58,829 bases of DNA, taken from Candidatus Calescibacterium sp. (GTDB lineage: Bacteria; Calescibacteriota; Calescibacteriia; Calescibacteriales; Calescibacteriaceae). The stretch covers positions 1 through 58,829 of the forward strand of contig JAVVGL010000013.1 in the NCBI GenBank assembly GCA_032249135.1. Reading direction: 5' to 3'. Position 1 is the stretch's first letter. Every line of letters starts with the position of its first letter. Under the pieces are notes generated by a model. The model was not told the DNA's origin and searched no databases. It saw only the letters and a program-made list of their open reading frames with translations. The position numbers and the translations under genes are program-made. Below, piece by piece: positions 20,478 to 30,695 of this stretch.

Positions 20478-20930
20478 ATGATGAAAGTTTATTTTATTCA
20501 GGAAGCAGGAGAATACGGAAGAAAAGGAGAAATCAAAGAGGTTTCAGACGGTCTCGCAAGAAATTTTCTGATAAGGCGTGGATTAGCAATAAAATTGACA
20601 GAATCTTTACAAAAACACCTACAAGATATTGAAAAGGAAAAAAAGAAAAAATATGAAAGACTTCTGAAATTTGCAGAGAAAGAATCAAAAGAGCTTGATG
20701 GAAAAACTTTTGAATTTTATGAAAGAGCCAATCAAGACGGCTCCCTTTACGGTTCAGTAAGGAAAGAAGACATAGAAGCAAGAATAAAGTCAAAATTTGA
20801 CTTCAAATCTGAATTTGAGGTTATTTTGGAAAATCCAATAAAATCCATAGGAAAGTATGAGGTTGAAGTTGATTTTATGAAAAAATTCAAAGCTAAAATA
20901 AAAGTCGTAGTAAAACCCAAAAATGTTTAA
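20478..20930 (+). CDS. rplI: 50S ribosomal protein L9
   Basis: GRKGEIKEVSDGLARNFLI, LYGSV, PIKSIGKYEV; AAGGAGG RBS. Confidence 0.92.
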   Translation: MMKVYFIQEAGEYGRKGEIKEVSDGLARNFLIRRGLAIKLTESLQKHLQDIEKEKKKKYERLLKFAEKESKELDGKTFEFYERANQDGSLYGSVRKEDIEARIKSKFDFKSEFEVILENPIKSIGKYEVEVDFMKKFKAKIKVVVKPKNV

Positions 20931-21864
20931 TCTTCCATCCTCAAATTTCCCGATTTCTCCAAATTTTGGGTATGTACGAAAGCTTTCAAAGAAATTTTTT
21001 GAACTCCTGAAAGAGAAAAAAATAAAATGTGCAGTTGTTGAATGTTCAACAGGAGGTATTATTTCATCTGAAATAGTCAGAAATGCTGGTGCCTCTGAGG
21101 TTTTCGTGGGAGCTTTTTTGCCCTATTCAAATGAACTGAAATCTTTTTTATCAGCTGACATTTCTGATGGTGCAGTATCTGAAAAATGTGCCATCTCTCT
21201 TGCAAGGAAAATAAAAAGTATCACAAATGCAGACTTAGTGTTATCTGAAACATCTATATTGGGACCAAAAGGTGGTACAGAGCAAAAGCCAGTTGGTCTC
21301 TCTTTTTTAGCAATAGCTTCAAACAAAGGTGAATATTCTTTTGTAAATCTTTTCAAAGGTGAAAGAGAAAAAATAATGGAATCTGTTGCAAGTTCTGCTT
21401 TCTTTTTTGCAATAAATCACATATTGGGTTGGGAGCTTCAAACAAGAAAAGTTGCATCCACCTTTGTAGAATACAAAGGGAAAATCTTGATACTAAAAAG
21501 AAGTAGAAAAGTTGGAAGTTATAGAGGAAAATGGGGAGTTGTGTCAGGACATATAGAAGAAGGAGAAACAGAGGAAGAAACTTCATTAAAAGAACTCAAA
21601 GAAGAAATAGGACTTGACCCAACCCTGATAGAAAAACTCATAAAATCCACCCCATTTGAGCTCTCGGATGCAAAACTTGGAATAAGGTGGGAGATAACTC
21701 CTTTTCGTGTGATTCTGAAAACCAAACCAGATATAAAAATAGATTGGGAACATGTAAAGTTTTTATGGATAAAACCATCTGAACTTTCAAAATTCAAGAC
21801 TGCTCCATTACTATATCAAGGATACCTTAAAACCATTTTCAACCCTATTGATGCAAGAATTTAA
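20923..21864 (+). CDS. PncC/CinA (NMN deamidase-like) domain fused to a NUDIX hydrolase
   Basis: ECSTGG, GASEVF, YSNELK, GAVSE, GPKGGTEQKPVGL; Nudix box GHIEEGETEEETSLKELKEEIGL; IDWEH. Confidence 0.85.
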   Translation: MFNLPSSNFPISPNFGYVRKLSKKFFELLKEKKIKCAVVECSTGGIISSEIVRNAGASEVFVGAFLPYSNELKSFLSADISDGAVSEKCAISLARKIKSITNADLVLSETSILGPKGGTEQKPVGLSFLAIASNKGEYSFVNLFKGEREKIMESVASSAFFFAINHILGWELQTRKVASTFVEYKGKILILKRSRKVGSYRGKWGVVSGHIEEGETEEETSLKELKEEIGLDPTLIEKLIKSTPFELSDAKLGIRWEITPFRVILKTKPDIKIDWEHVKFLWIKPSELSKFKTAPLLYQGYLKTIFNPIDARI

Positions 21865-21923
21865 CAGCCTATTTAGTATTATTATTGGATTTTTTTTATC
21901 TTCTTTTTTCTCTTTTCTGCACC

Positions 21924-22511
21924 TTACATTTTTATTTTTTCAAGTATAGTTTTCAAAAATAAGATTTTTAGTGAATTGTGTAGCGCCAAAGTTAAAAACA
22001 GAGCTTCATCAAGGTCTTTTCCTCCCACAAAAACGCCGTGACCTTTTGCGATACACAATTTAAATTCTGCGACACATTCTGGTATTTCATTGTATTCTGC
22101 CACTTTTATTCTCTTTATAAAGTACTGAGCTTCATAGTCGGGAGGTATTACCTCATCTTGAAAAAACGATAAAGCAACTGCTTCCGCCATATGGCAGTGT
22201 AAAACTGCATTTATATCTTTCCCTTTATTTTCTGACTCTATGTAGATTCTCCGATGTATTTTGAGGTCCGATGAGGCTAAATTATCTTTTTCCGTCTCTT
22301 CGTAGATTGGTAAAACTATAACATCTTTTTTTGTTATATATGGCATAGAGGAACCTGTTCTTTTTATTATAAGTTTGTTTTTTGTCAATTTTACGCTTAC
22401 ATTTCCTGACCTTGTATCTACCAAATTTTTTGAAAAAAGAATTTCACCGCATTCTCTCATCTTCTTCACTATCTTATCTAATTTCTCTTCACTCCGATTT
22501 TTTCTACCCAT
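21924..22511 (-). CDS. Class II aldolase/adducin family protein
   Basis: [24 protein letters not shown]. Confidence 0.85.
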   Translation of the reverse strand: MGRKNRSEEKLDKIVKKMRECGEILFSKNLVDTRSGNVSVKLTKNKLIIKRTGSSMPYITKKDVIVLPIYEETEKDNLASSDLKIHRRIYIESENKGKDINAVLHCHMAEAVALSFFQDEVIPPDYEAQYFIKRIKVAEYNEIPECVAEFKLCIAKGHGVFVGGKDLDEALFLTLALHNSLKILFLKTILEKIKM

Positions 22512-22574
22512 AATAGGTTTAAAAAATTATACAAAAACTTGAAAATTTCTACTGAATGTTTAAAATTTTTTGAT

Positions 22575-23657
22575 ATGTTGGGGGTTATAAGTGGATTAGG
22601 ATTTCTTACATTAGTTTTTATCATTTATTCTGCGTTAGGTGGATTCTCTTGGGCATCCATAATATTGTTTCTTGGTGGGATTGTTGGAATTATATTAGCT
22701 TTCATACTATCAAGGATTTATGAGAAAAAAAGGTTCAATTTTATTCTTGAAGATATAATGTCAGAAACTCCATCAACAGAAGAAGGAAGAAAAATAAAAG
22801 CTCTCATAGATAACCAAATAAGCGCAGAGAAAAATAGAATCCTTTCTAAGTTAAGGGAAGCATTGGAAAAGTTGAGAGCGTTTGAGGAGGATTACCTTAA
22901 TGTCGTCAAGGAGAATGATATGCAACTTAATAAAATAAATGTAATAGTAACTGCTTCCGAGGAACTTTCTGCTTCTGCTGCTGAGGTTGCTTCAAGAATA
23001 GTTCAGATCGCAAATATGGTTGACCAGACAGCGCAAATCTCACAGGAAGGTTTGAAAAAAATAGATAACATTGTGAAAATGATAGCCGATATAGAGGCAA
23101 CTATGACCATGGTCAGAGATTTAGCAAAAAGTCTTGAAAGTGAAACAAAAGAAATATCAGAAATAATTTCAACGATAGAAGATATAACAGACCAGACCAA
23201 TCTTCTTGCTCTGAATGCTGCGATAGAGGCAGCAAGAGCGGGAGAACAAGGAAAGGGATTTGCAGTCGTTGCAGGTGAAGTAAGGAAACTTGCTGAAAGA
23301 ACTTATCAATCCGCCAGAGATATATCTGAAAAGATAAACTCAATCATAGCTAGGGTAAGTCAAACTTACGAAGCAATAGAAAAGGCTTTTGAAGCTGTCA
23401 AAAAAGGAGTTGAGATTGTCCATGAAGGTAAAAGGAGCTTTGATGAGGTGAATCAATACACAGCCAAAATAAATACTGAAAGTTCTGCAATTTCTACGGC
23501 AACAGAGGAAGAATCAAAAGTCACAGATGAGATTTCAAGAAACTTACTTTCCCTACTTGAAAGCGCAAAAAATATAGAATCTATGTATAAAAAAGCTCTT
23601 GAAACATTTAAGATGGCAAAAGAAGATTTTAAGAGCATAGAAGAACTCCTAAAATGA
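22575..23657 (+). CDS. Methyl-accepting chemotaxis protein
   Basis: [37 protein letters not shown] hairpin; two N-terminal TM helices; ATG 22575 preferred over TTG 22539. Confidence 0.92.
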   Translation: MLGVISGLGFLTLVFIIYSALGGFSWASIILFLGGIVGIILAFILSRIYEKKRFNFILEDIMSETPSTEEGRKIKALIDNQISAEKNRILSKLREALEKLRAFEEDYLNVVKENDMQLNKINVIVTASEELSASAAEVASRIVQIANMVDQTAQISQEGLKKIDNIVKMIADIEATMTMVRDLAKSLESETKEISEIISTIEDITDQTNLLALNAAIEAARAGEQGKGFAVVAGEVRKLAERTYQSARDISEKINSIIARVSQTYEAIEKAFEAVKKGVEIVHEGKRSFDEVNQYTAKINTESSAISTATEEESKVTDEISRNLLSLLESAKNIESMYKKALETFKMAKEDFKSIEELLK

Positions 23658-24146
23658 ACCCGCAGCTTTTATCAACATGTTAATGATTTCTTTTCTTTCA
23701 GCAGGTGGAAGTTTATCTATTATAAGTTTCCCATCAAGATGGTCTATTTCGTGTTGAAAAAGGACGCTTTCTAAATTTTCTAATTCTTTTTGGTGCTCAT
23801 TCCCCCTTTCATCAATCCACTTTACTATTATTTTTCTTGACCTTTTTATTGGAAGTCTCAATCCGGGAATTGATAGACATCCTTCTTCAAATTCTATTTT
23901 CTCTTGGCTTTTTGAAATTATTCTTGGGTTTATGACAACCTGTGGTGAATTTTTTTCTTCTGATATATCAAATGTGAAAATTCTAAGTTGAATTCCGACC
24001 TGAGTTGCAGCAAGACCTATCCCATCTGCTTCATACATAAGTTCTTTCATCTCTCCTAAAATCAAGTTGATTTCTTTATCTATAAATTTAAGTTCCTTTG
24101 CTTTTATTCTCAATCTCGGATCTGGAAACTTCAATATTTTGAGCAT
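23649..24146 (-). CDS. def: Peptide deformylase
   Basis: [24 protein letters not shown]. Confidence 0.96.
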   Translation of the reverse strand: MLKILKFPDPRLRIKAKELKFIDKEINLILGEMKELMYEADGIGLAATQVGIQLRIFTFDISEEKNSPQVVINPRIISKSQEKIEFEEGCLSIPGLRLPIKRSRKIIVKWIDERGNEHQKELENLESVLFQHEIDHLDGKLIIDKLPPAERKEIINMLIKAAGSF

Positions 24147-24252
24147 TATAAATTAAATTTTAGATTTTCTGTCCCAAATATTTAGTAAAATCAGGTTGTT
24201 TTCCTTAATGAATAAAAATTTGGATTTATTTTTGAAAAAAGATTATAATTTT

Positions 24253-24735
24253 ATGATGCAAGAAGAAGGAAAAGGTAATATAGATACAGAAAAAAAAGAT
24301 GAGATCATAAAAAAGGATCTATCGTACATACTAAATTTTTTGAAGGAAAAGGGTATAAAACTTACCTCCCAACGAAAGATTATATTAGATATATTTTTGA
24401 AGCTCGGGGGACATGTGAGCGTTGAGGAGATTTTCCATGAGATCAGGAAAAGAAAAAAAAATATAGGGCTTGCGACAATATATAGGACTTTTAGTTTGCT
24501 CAAAAATGTAGGCTTAGTTTCTCAAAGGGAGTTTGGCGATGGGATTTCAAGATTTGAAGTTGTCTCTTCACATCATGACCATCTTATATGTCAAAAATGC
24601 GGCAAAGTCATTGAGTTCAAAGATGAAAGGATTGAAGAAATTCAAGAGGAGGTAGCTAAAAAATTTGGTTTTATTCTCATAAGCCATAGACACGAACTTA
24701 TAGGGATATGTCCTGATTGTAAAAAAGCTTTGTAA
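24253..24735 (+). CDS. fur: Fur family transcriptional regulator
   Basis: LTSQRKIIL, GLATIYRT, HHDHLICQKCG, CPDC; start ATG 24253 or 24256. Confidence 0.9.
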   Translation: MMQEEGKGNIDTEKKDEIIKKDLSYILNFLKEKGIKLTSQRKIILDIFLKLGGHVSVEEIFHEIRKRKKNIGLATIYRTFSLLKNVGLVSQREFGDGISRFEVVSSHHDHLICQKCGKVIEFKDERIEEIQEEVAKKFGFILISHRHELIGICPDCKKAL

Positions 24736-24751
24736 GTATGAACTTTTCAAT

Positions 24752-25525
24752 TCACAATCGTATGATTTCTCCTTCCTTTGGAATGAATATATCTAACTTC
24801 AACTTCTTTGCTATTTGATCTATTTCTTTCCTTACCTCATCAAAAAATGCAGGTTTTATATGTACAACAAATATTTTCACTTTCCTTTTTAGTTTTTTTA
24901 GCTCTTCTTCAAACACATCTGTTGAGAGATGTTTCGCTTTCTCTCCCAAATCATGAAGCCGTGCAGGATATGATACATCTATAAAAATAGCCTTAACTTG
25001 CTCATCATCATTTGTAAGCTTCCATATGTTTTGCTGGACATAAGTGTCACCAGAAAATATTACAGATTTTCCTCGGAAAGTTATCTTAAATCCGAGGGTT
25101 GGTATAATATGATTTGACTTGAAAGGCAAAATCACATATTCTCCAATCTGCAAAATTTGACCAGCCTTTACTTCATAGTATTGCAACGAAAAACTCCCAT
25201 TTTTTCTCAACTTCAACGCAGAAAAATCTGGCCATATCTTATGGTTCATAATAAACTTCTTCATAGCTCTTATTGTATGCGAGCTTGCAAATATACGCAG
25301 AGGTTTTAATCTTGAAGGAAAAGATTCAGATATAAGAAAAGGAATCTCTGCAATATGATCAAGATGGTAATGAGTAAGCAAAATATTTTCTATATCAAAA
25401 GCTTTATCCCCAAGCGGATTTAAGACATTTCCCGCATCTACCAAAATCTTATCATCAACAAGAAAAGATACCATATTTTTATCTTTGAATTTTGAACCAA
25501 ATGCCCCAAGAACATGTATCCGCAT
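24752..25525 (-). CDS. MBL-fold 3',5'-cyclic nucleotide phosphodiesterase (class II-like)
   Basis: LVDAG, THYHLDH, IWPDF, NHIIP, FSGDT, DVSYP, KHL, HIKP. Confidence 0.82.
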   Translation of the reverse strand: MRIHVLGAFGSKFKDKNMVSFLVDDKILVDAGNVLNPLGDKAFDIENILLTHYHLDHIAEIPFLISESFPSRLKPLRIFASSHTIRAMKKFIMNHKIWPDFSALKLRKNGSFSLQYYEVKAGQILQIGEYVILPFKSNHIIPTLGFKITFRGKSVIFSGDTYVQQNIWKLTNDDEQVKAIFIDVSYPARLHDLGEKAKHLSTDVFEEELKKLKRKVKIFVVHIKPAFFDEVRKEIDQIAKKLKLDIFIPKEGEIIRL

Positions 25526-25594
25526 TCTTTTATTTTATTACTTTTTTTTATTTTTTTTCTTTCTTTTATATATATTAAAAGCCCTCTAACAAAG

Positions 25595-27004
25595 CTACTT
25601 CCCTATGCAGAAGTTAGAGAAAATTTTATTTATAACTTCCTCTGAACTTCCGACACCAAAAACTTCGTCAATTTTCCCAAGAGCGTCTTTTAGAGAATAT
25701 GAAGCTCCTATATACTCTGAATTTTTCATAAAATCCAATGCACGCTCCACATCAGCAGCTACTCCATCTAATAATATTTTCTGCCTCGTACTTATCACTG
25801 ATAAATCGTCTGACCTGAAAGTATTCAAAAAACTTCTTATCTCTGCTCTCAACTTTTCAATACTTTCTTTATAATTTACAGATGTTGCAATTATAGATAT
25901 ATCTTTCTTATCTTCTGGATCAGACGCACCGGAAACAAAATCAGAAATCTTTTCTCTCAAAAGGTTTTCCCACTTTCTCAAATCACCTATATCTATTTTG
26001 TTAATCACAAATATTAACTTAGAAGCATCAGAGATCAAAGTGTATTCTAATGCATCTTTATCATCATCTTGAAAATCAGATGAAGAGTCAAAAACACATA
26101 TTGCAACATCAGCAGATTTTAAAACTTCTTTTGTCCTCCTTATACCTTCCTCTTCTATCGGATCAGGGGTTCTTCTTATACCGGCTGTATCTACTATCGT
26201 AGCTATCACACCTCCTATATCTATTTTCGCATCTATAAAATCACGAGTTGTACCAGGTATAGGAGAAACAATAGCACGAGATTGCCCCAAAATAGCGTTA
26301 AATATTGATGATTTCCCAACATTAGGTTTTCCAACTATAACACATTTTGGACCATCTATGAGGACTTTTATAGATTTCCATCTCTGAGCAATTTCTTTTA
26401 CTTTTTTTGAAACTTCCAAAACCTCCTGATACAATTTTGCGTAAGGGAGTTCCCAATCAACATCTTCTGGAAAATCAATTGATGCCTCAATCTTTGATAA
26501 AACATCTACGATTTCATCTTTTATTTCTTTCATTAAGACCTCAAATTCTCCTCTCAAAACTTTGAGAGAACTTTTTATACCCTCCAGAGTTGAAGCCCTT
26601 ATGATAGAATTTATAGCTTCCGCTTTCTCTAATGTTATCTTGCCGTTAAGATAAGCTCTTTTCGTAAATTCTCCCTCTCCGGCAAACCGAGCACCATATC
26701 TTATGCACAGATTGACAACATAATCAACCAGCAGAGGATTTCCATGAAGATATATTTCTGCCATATCCTCACCAGTATAAGATTTCGGTCCCTTAAAAAA
26801 AACAGCCATCCCCTCATCTATAACTTCTTTGCCATCCTGATCATATATTCTCACAAACTTGATTTTATTTGGAACTTCAAAATCTGAATTCGTAAGTCTT
26901 TTCAAAATAGAAAGGGTATCTTTTCCTGAAATTCTAATTATCGCTATCGCAGATGGAAATGGAGGAGTCGCAGGAGCAACTATTGTATCATCAACCCTCA
27001 CCAT
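25595..27004 (-). CDS. mnmE: tRNA modification GTPase MnmE
   Basis: SYTGED, GEFTKRAYLNGK, GKPNVGKSS, GTTRD, DTAG, NKID, terminal FCIGK. Confidence 0.96.
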   Translation of the reverse strand: MVRVDDTIVAPATPPFPSAIAIIRISGKDTLSILKRLTNSDFEVPNKIKFVRIYDQDGKEVIDEGMAVFFKGPKSYTGEDMAEIYLHGNPLLVDYVVNLCIRYGARFAGEGEFTKRAYLNGKITLEKAEAINSIIRASTLEGIKSSLKVLRGEFEVLMKEIKDEIVDVLSKIEASIDFPEDVDWELPYAKLYQEVLEVSKKVKEIAQRWKSIKVLIDGPKCVIVGKPNVGKSSIFNAILGQSRAIVSPIPGTTRDFIDAKIDIGGVIATIVDTAGIRRTPDPIEEEGIRRTKEVLKSADVAICVFDSSSDFQDDDKDALEYTLISDASKLIFVINKIDIGDLRKWENLLREKISDFVSGASDPEDKKDISIIATSVNYKESIEKLRAEIRSFLNTFRSDDLSVISTRQKILLDGVAADVERALDFMKNSEYIGASYSLKDALGKIDEVFGVGSSEEVINKIFSNFCIGK

Positions 27005-27093
27005 AATCTAATTTGTAAAAAATGGTATTCATATTATATTGAACCTTCGTGCACTATTTACCAAATCACAAAAGTGATATTAACTTTATCTTA

Positions 27094-27837
27094 ATGAAGA
27101 TGAAAAGACAAAAAAGATTGAGCAGAATAGATAAAATAGAACAAATAATTCAGAGACTTTCTGAAAGAATTGAAAGATTCTCCAAAGAAAACGAAAAAGG
27201 GTTTAGGGAGCTTAGGGAAACTATCGCTAAATTATCTGAAAGGGTAGACAGAGCATATGAGCTATCAGAGAAAGCTTTTGCAGCGGCAGATAGAGCTTTT
27301 GCAGCAGCAGATAGAGCCTCGCAAGAAGTAGCAAAAGCATCGGAAGAGATAAGAAAACTGAAAACAGAAGTGAGCCGGCTCACAGGAAGCTGGGGAGAGG
27401 TTCCAGAAGGTATGATTGAACCCTCCGCTATAAAGTTTATGGAAGAAAAAGGCTTTAAGGTAGTTGGAGTATATCCGGAGGCAAAAGTTTCACGAGATGG
27501 TGAGAACGCAGAATATGATTTATATTTGGTCTGTGAGAAATCAAATAATACCAAAAGTAAAGGCAATAATAACAGAAAAAAAGAGAAAGTTATTTTGTTG
27601 GTATCTGCAAAAACAAAAGTTTCTTCCCAAGATGTGGATGAGCTTTTAGAAGACATGAGAAAATTTTTCTTTTTCCTTGAACAATACAAAGGTTTTAAAT
27701 TAATAGGGGCTATTGCTGGGATAAGATTTGGAAAAGGCGCAGATTTATACGCTTTAAGATCGGGACTGATTATTATGAAACCAGCGGGAGAGGTTATGGA
27801 AATTCACGAACCGAAAAAGCTCAAAGTTATTGTATAA
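27094..27837 (+). CDS. Coiled-coil + PD-(D/E)XK-like domain protein (DUF3782-like)
   Basis: N-terminal heptad repeats, WGEVPEGM, EYDLYL...LVSAKTK, YKGFKLIGAIAG, YALRSGL; start ATG 27094 or 27100. Confidence 0.7.
   Translation: MKMKRQKRLSRIDKIEQIIQRLSERIERFSKENEKGFRELRETIAKLSERVDRAYELSEKAFAAADRAFAAADRASQEVAKASEEIRKLKTEVSRLTGSWGEVPEGMIEPSAIKFMEEKGFKVVGVYPEAKVSRDGENAEYDLYLVCEKSNNTKSKGNNNRKKEKVILLVSAKTKVSSQDVDELLEDMRKFFFFLEQYKGFKLIGAIAGIRFGKGADLYALRSGLIIMKPAGEVMEIHEPKKLKVIV
27273..27317. repeat. 21-nt in-frame tandem repeat (one coiled-coil heptad AFAAADR x2)
   Basis: AGCTTTTGCAGCGGCAGATAG / AGCTTTTGCAGCAGCAGATAG, one mismatch. Confidence 0.9.
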
Positions 27838-27840
27838 AAA

Positions 27841-28899
27841 ATGGAAATTAGAAAAACTCCGTTTTTTGAACTTGAAAAAAAAGAAGGGGCTTTTTTTACG
27901 GAATTTGCAGGATGGTATCTCCCCCTGCACTTTGGATCAGCCATTGAAGAGGTCCTATCTGTAAGACAAAACGTAGGATTCTTTGATGTATCTCACATGG
28001 GTAGGGTAAAAATATTTGGTAAAGACTCAGAAAAACTTATAAGTAAAGTTTTCACAAGAAAGTTAGACCAAGAAAAAAAAGGATTATACGGATTTTTCGT
28101 ATCAGAAGACGCAAAAATAATAGATGATGTTGTAGTCTTCAAAAAAAAAGAAGATGAGTTTTTTTTAGTAGTAAATGCGAGTAGAAAAGAAAAAGATATA
28201 GCTTTACTTGAATACGAAAAACAAAAAAATTCTTTCAAAGCCGAAATAGAAGACATATCAGATAAAACAGTTTTCGTAGCTATACAGGGTCCAAAATCCC
28301 CTGAAAAAACCGTGAAAATAATGAGTAAATTCTCCCCTGATTTATCTCAAAAAATCTCCGAGCTCAAAAGATTTCAATTTGATGAAGACGGAGAAATATT
28401 CATTTCAAGAACGGGATACACAGGGGAGGATGGATTTGAAATCGTTATGCCAAAAGAAAAAGCTTATGAGCTGTGGAATGAAATAAAAAAGGAGGTAAGA
28501 CCATGTGGGCTCGCAGCAAGAGATATTTTAAGACTTGAAGCTGGACTTATTCTTTTTGGGATGGATTTGACAGAAGAAACCCCTCCCCCATTCCATTCAC
28601 ATCTTGAAAGATTCATTTCAGAAAAATCAGAAAGATTTGAGATTCTGAAAAAAAGATTTGAGGAAAATCCTTTATACCTCAAAGGCATTATATTTGATAG
28701 CTTACCTGTACCAAATCCCGGTGCTAAAACTGAACCAGAAGGAGTAATTTCATCCGCTGTATTTTCCGCAGTCTTGAAAAAACCCATAGCTTTCGGATGG
28801 TTCAAAGAAAACATAAAAGATGGAACAAAAATAAAAGTTTTCATAAGAAACAGAATATCAGAAGGTATAATATCTAAAACCCCCTTTTTCAAAAATTAA
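27841..28899 (+). CDS. gcvT: Glycine cleavage system aminomethyltransferase T
   Basis: FAGW.LP, FDVSHMG, IIDD, AIQGP, SRTGYTGEDGFE, GLAARDILRLEAG. Confidence 0.93.
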   Translation: MEIRKTPFFELEKKEGAFFTEFAGWYLPLHFGSAIEEVLSVRQNVGFFDVSHMGRVKIFGKDSEKLISKVFTRKLDQEKKGLYGFFVSEDAKIIDDVVVFKKKEDEFFLVVNASRKEKDIALLEYEKQKNSFKAEIEDISDKTVFVAIQGPKSPEKTVKIMSKFSPDLSQKISELKRFQFDEDGEIFISRTGYTGEDGFEIVMPKEKAYELWNEIKKEVRPCGLAARDILRLEAGLILFGMDLTEETPPPFHSHLERFISEKSERFEILKKRFEENPLYLKGIIFDSLPVPNPGAKTEPEGVISSAVFSAVLKKPIAFGWFKENIKDGTKIKVFIRNRISEGIISKTPFFKN

Positions 28900-29017
28900 A
28901 AACAACTTAAAAACTAACGAAAGAAAGTTAGCAAAATAAACAAAAATAACAAAAAAATAGAAAAAGGATTAAATTATATTTACGAGATTAGCAGGATATT
29001 AAATACGGGGTAGAAAA

Positions 29018-30676
29018 ATGGCGTGGGGAAAAACAAGAATTTATATTTCCCCCAAGATTTCAAAAAAAAATCCAAAGAAATTTTTGAACGAACTTTCAAA
29101 TTTTGTAGAAATTGAAATATCAAAAACAAAGAAAAACTCAGACATAATTGTTATCTCCGAAAAAGAACTGAAAAATCAAGTGAGAGCAATAAAGGAAGAA
29201 AAAGAAGAAGGAAAAGCTTTTATTATACTGTGCGATAATATAAAAAAAATCCTCAAATTTGACACTTTACTTGATGAATTAGGAAGCAGCAATTTGGTAG
29301 ATGTTATACCAGAAAAAGGATGGGAAAAGATTCTACCTTTGTTGATTTTGAAGCTTTTGAAATTGAAAGATAAACAGAAAAAAGAAGGTAGAAGCTCTTT
29401 TATTTCAGGAATAAAAAATAAAATAGAGAACATTCAAAAAACTTATTTCATATTAGGTTTAGTTCAAATAACCAATTTTGATTTCATATCAGCATACTTT
29501 GGGGATAAATTAGCCCTTGAAATATTAGAACATATATTTCATAAGTTAAAAGAGATAGTTTTGGAAAATAACACAAATGGGGAAGATATTGAAACCAGAA
29601 GAGAAAACAAAGTAGGCGAAATTTATAGGATTTCAGATAGGAAATTTGGTTTTATCTTAAAAACATCAGCAAAAACTGAAAATGAGGCATATGAAAAAGC
29701 AAAAAGGTTAATAAAAAAGTTAAAAAGTGAATTAAACTATCATCTGAAAGTTGATGGTAGAAAAATTTATGTATCATCAAATGGAGGAGTATACATTTAT
29801 TTTTCATCAGGGCATCAAAATGGTCAAAATATTCTTGATATTCTTGACATATTAGAAACAACTTTATATGAATCAACAAAATTAGGAAGTGAAGAATATT
29901 TGATAGCAAATGAAATCATAGAAGGCATTCCTAAAAAACTTGAAGTTATAAGAAACATATCAAAAGCAATAGAAGAAAAGAGAATTGGAGTTGTATTCCA
30001 GCCAATTTATGATTTAAAAGATATGAAAATAAAAATGTTTGAAGTACTTTTGAGATGGAAAGGACAAGATATAAACCCAGAAGACATAATAGACATAGCA
30101 GATGCATCAGGAACGCAATCTGATTTGCTAGATTTTATACTTGAAAATACAGTAGATATTATGAAAAGCTTGAGAAAATACAAATTTGCAATAAACCTTA
30201 CAGCAAGAGCAATAACAGAAAAAAGAGCTTATAGAATACTTCAAATTCTATCAAATCAGGGTATCCCCCCAACTAATTTATGCTTGGAAATAAGTGAAAA
30301 GTCAAACTACGAGGAAATAAAAGCAGTAAAGAAGAATATAGAGCTTCTTCATAAAGCAGGAGTAGATATAGCAATTGATGATTTCGGATCGGCTTTCTCT
30401 GAAATTGGGCTTCTATATGAGCTCCCAATAAAATTCATAAAAATTGATGGTTCAGTAATTAAAAGTTTGAAAGAAGGAGATGAGAAACAAAACATAATAG
30501 CAGAAGCAGTAATTTACATGGCTACAAATTTAGCAAAAAGAGTAGGTGCAGAAACAATAGCAGAAAAAATAGAAACAAAAGAAGAACTTGAAATAATAAA
30601 AAGATTAGGAATAGACTACGCTCAAGGTTTCTTTTTATCTTATCCTCTTACCCAAGAAGAACTGCTGCAAATCTGA
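29018..30676 (+). CDS. Degenerate GGDEF + EAL c-di-GMP phosphodiesterase
   Basis: FQPI, EVLLR, AINL, LEISE, IDDFGSAFS, IKIDG, IAEKIE, AQGFF; GGDEF position reads SDRKF. Confidence 0.88.
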   Translation: MAWGKTRIYISPKISKKNPKKFLNELSNFVEIEISKTKKNSDIIVISEKELKNQVRAIKEEKEEGKAFIILCDNIKKILKFDTLLDELGSSNLVDVIPEKGWEKILPLLILKLLKLKDKQKKEGRSSFISGIKNKIENIQKTYFILGLVQITNFDFISAYFGDKLALEILEHIFHKLKEIVLENNTNGEDIETRRENKVGEIYRISDRKFGFILKTSAKTENEAYEKAKRLIKKLKSELNYHLKVDGRKIYVSSNGGVYIYFSSGHQNGQNILDILDILETTLYESTKLGSEEYLIANEIIEGIPKKLEVIRNISKAIEEKRIGVVFQPIYDLKDMKIKMFEVLLRWKGQDINPEDIIDIADASGTQSDLLDFILENTVDIMKSLRKYKFAINLTARAITEKRAYRILQILSNQGIPPTNLCLEISEKSNYEEIKAVKKNIELLHKAGVDIAIDDFGSAFSEIGLLYELPIKFIKIDGSVIKSLKEGDEKQNIIAEAVIYMATNLAKRVGAETIAEKIETKEELEIIKRLGIDYAQGFFLSYPLTQEELLQI

Positions 30677-30695
30677 AAAGTTTCAAAGAATAATT

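Noticed and set aside
25595-25597. Genome-wide TAG reassignment, suggested by in-frame TAGs at 37047, 52698 and 33019
   Set aside because: mnmE ends at its invariant FCIGK with TAG, and def and the NCS2 permease also end at TAG at the expected length, so TAG is a working stop
27150-27689. Long antisense ORFs (also 49630-50103, 43214-43660, 28464-28892)
   Set aside because: Ser/Phe/Leu-rich mirror frames of Lys/Glu-rich genes, with no motifs or RBS
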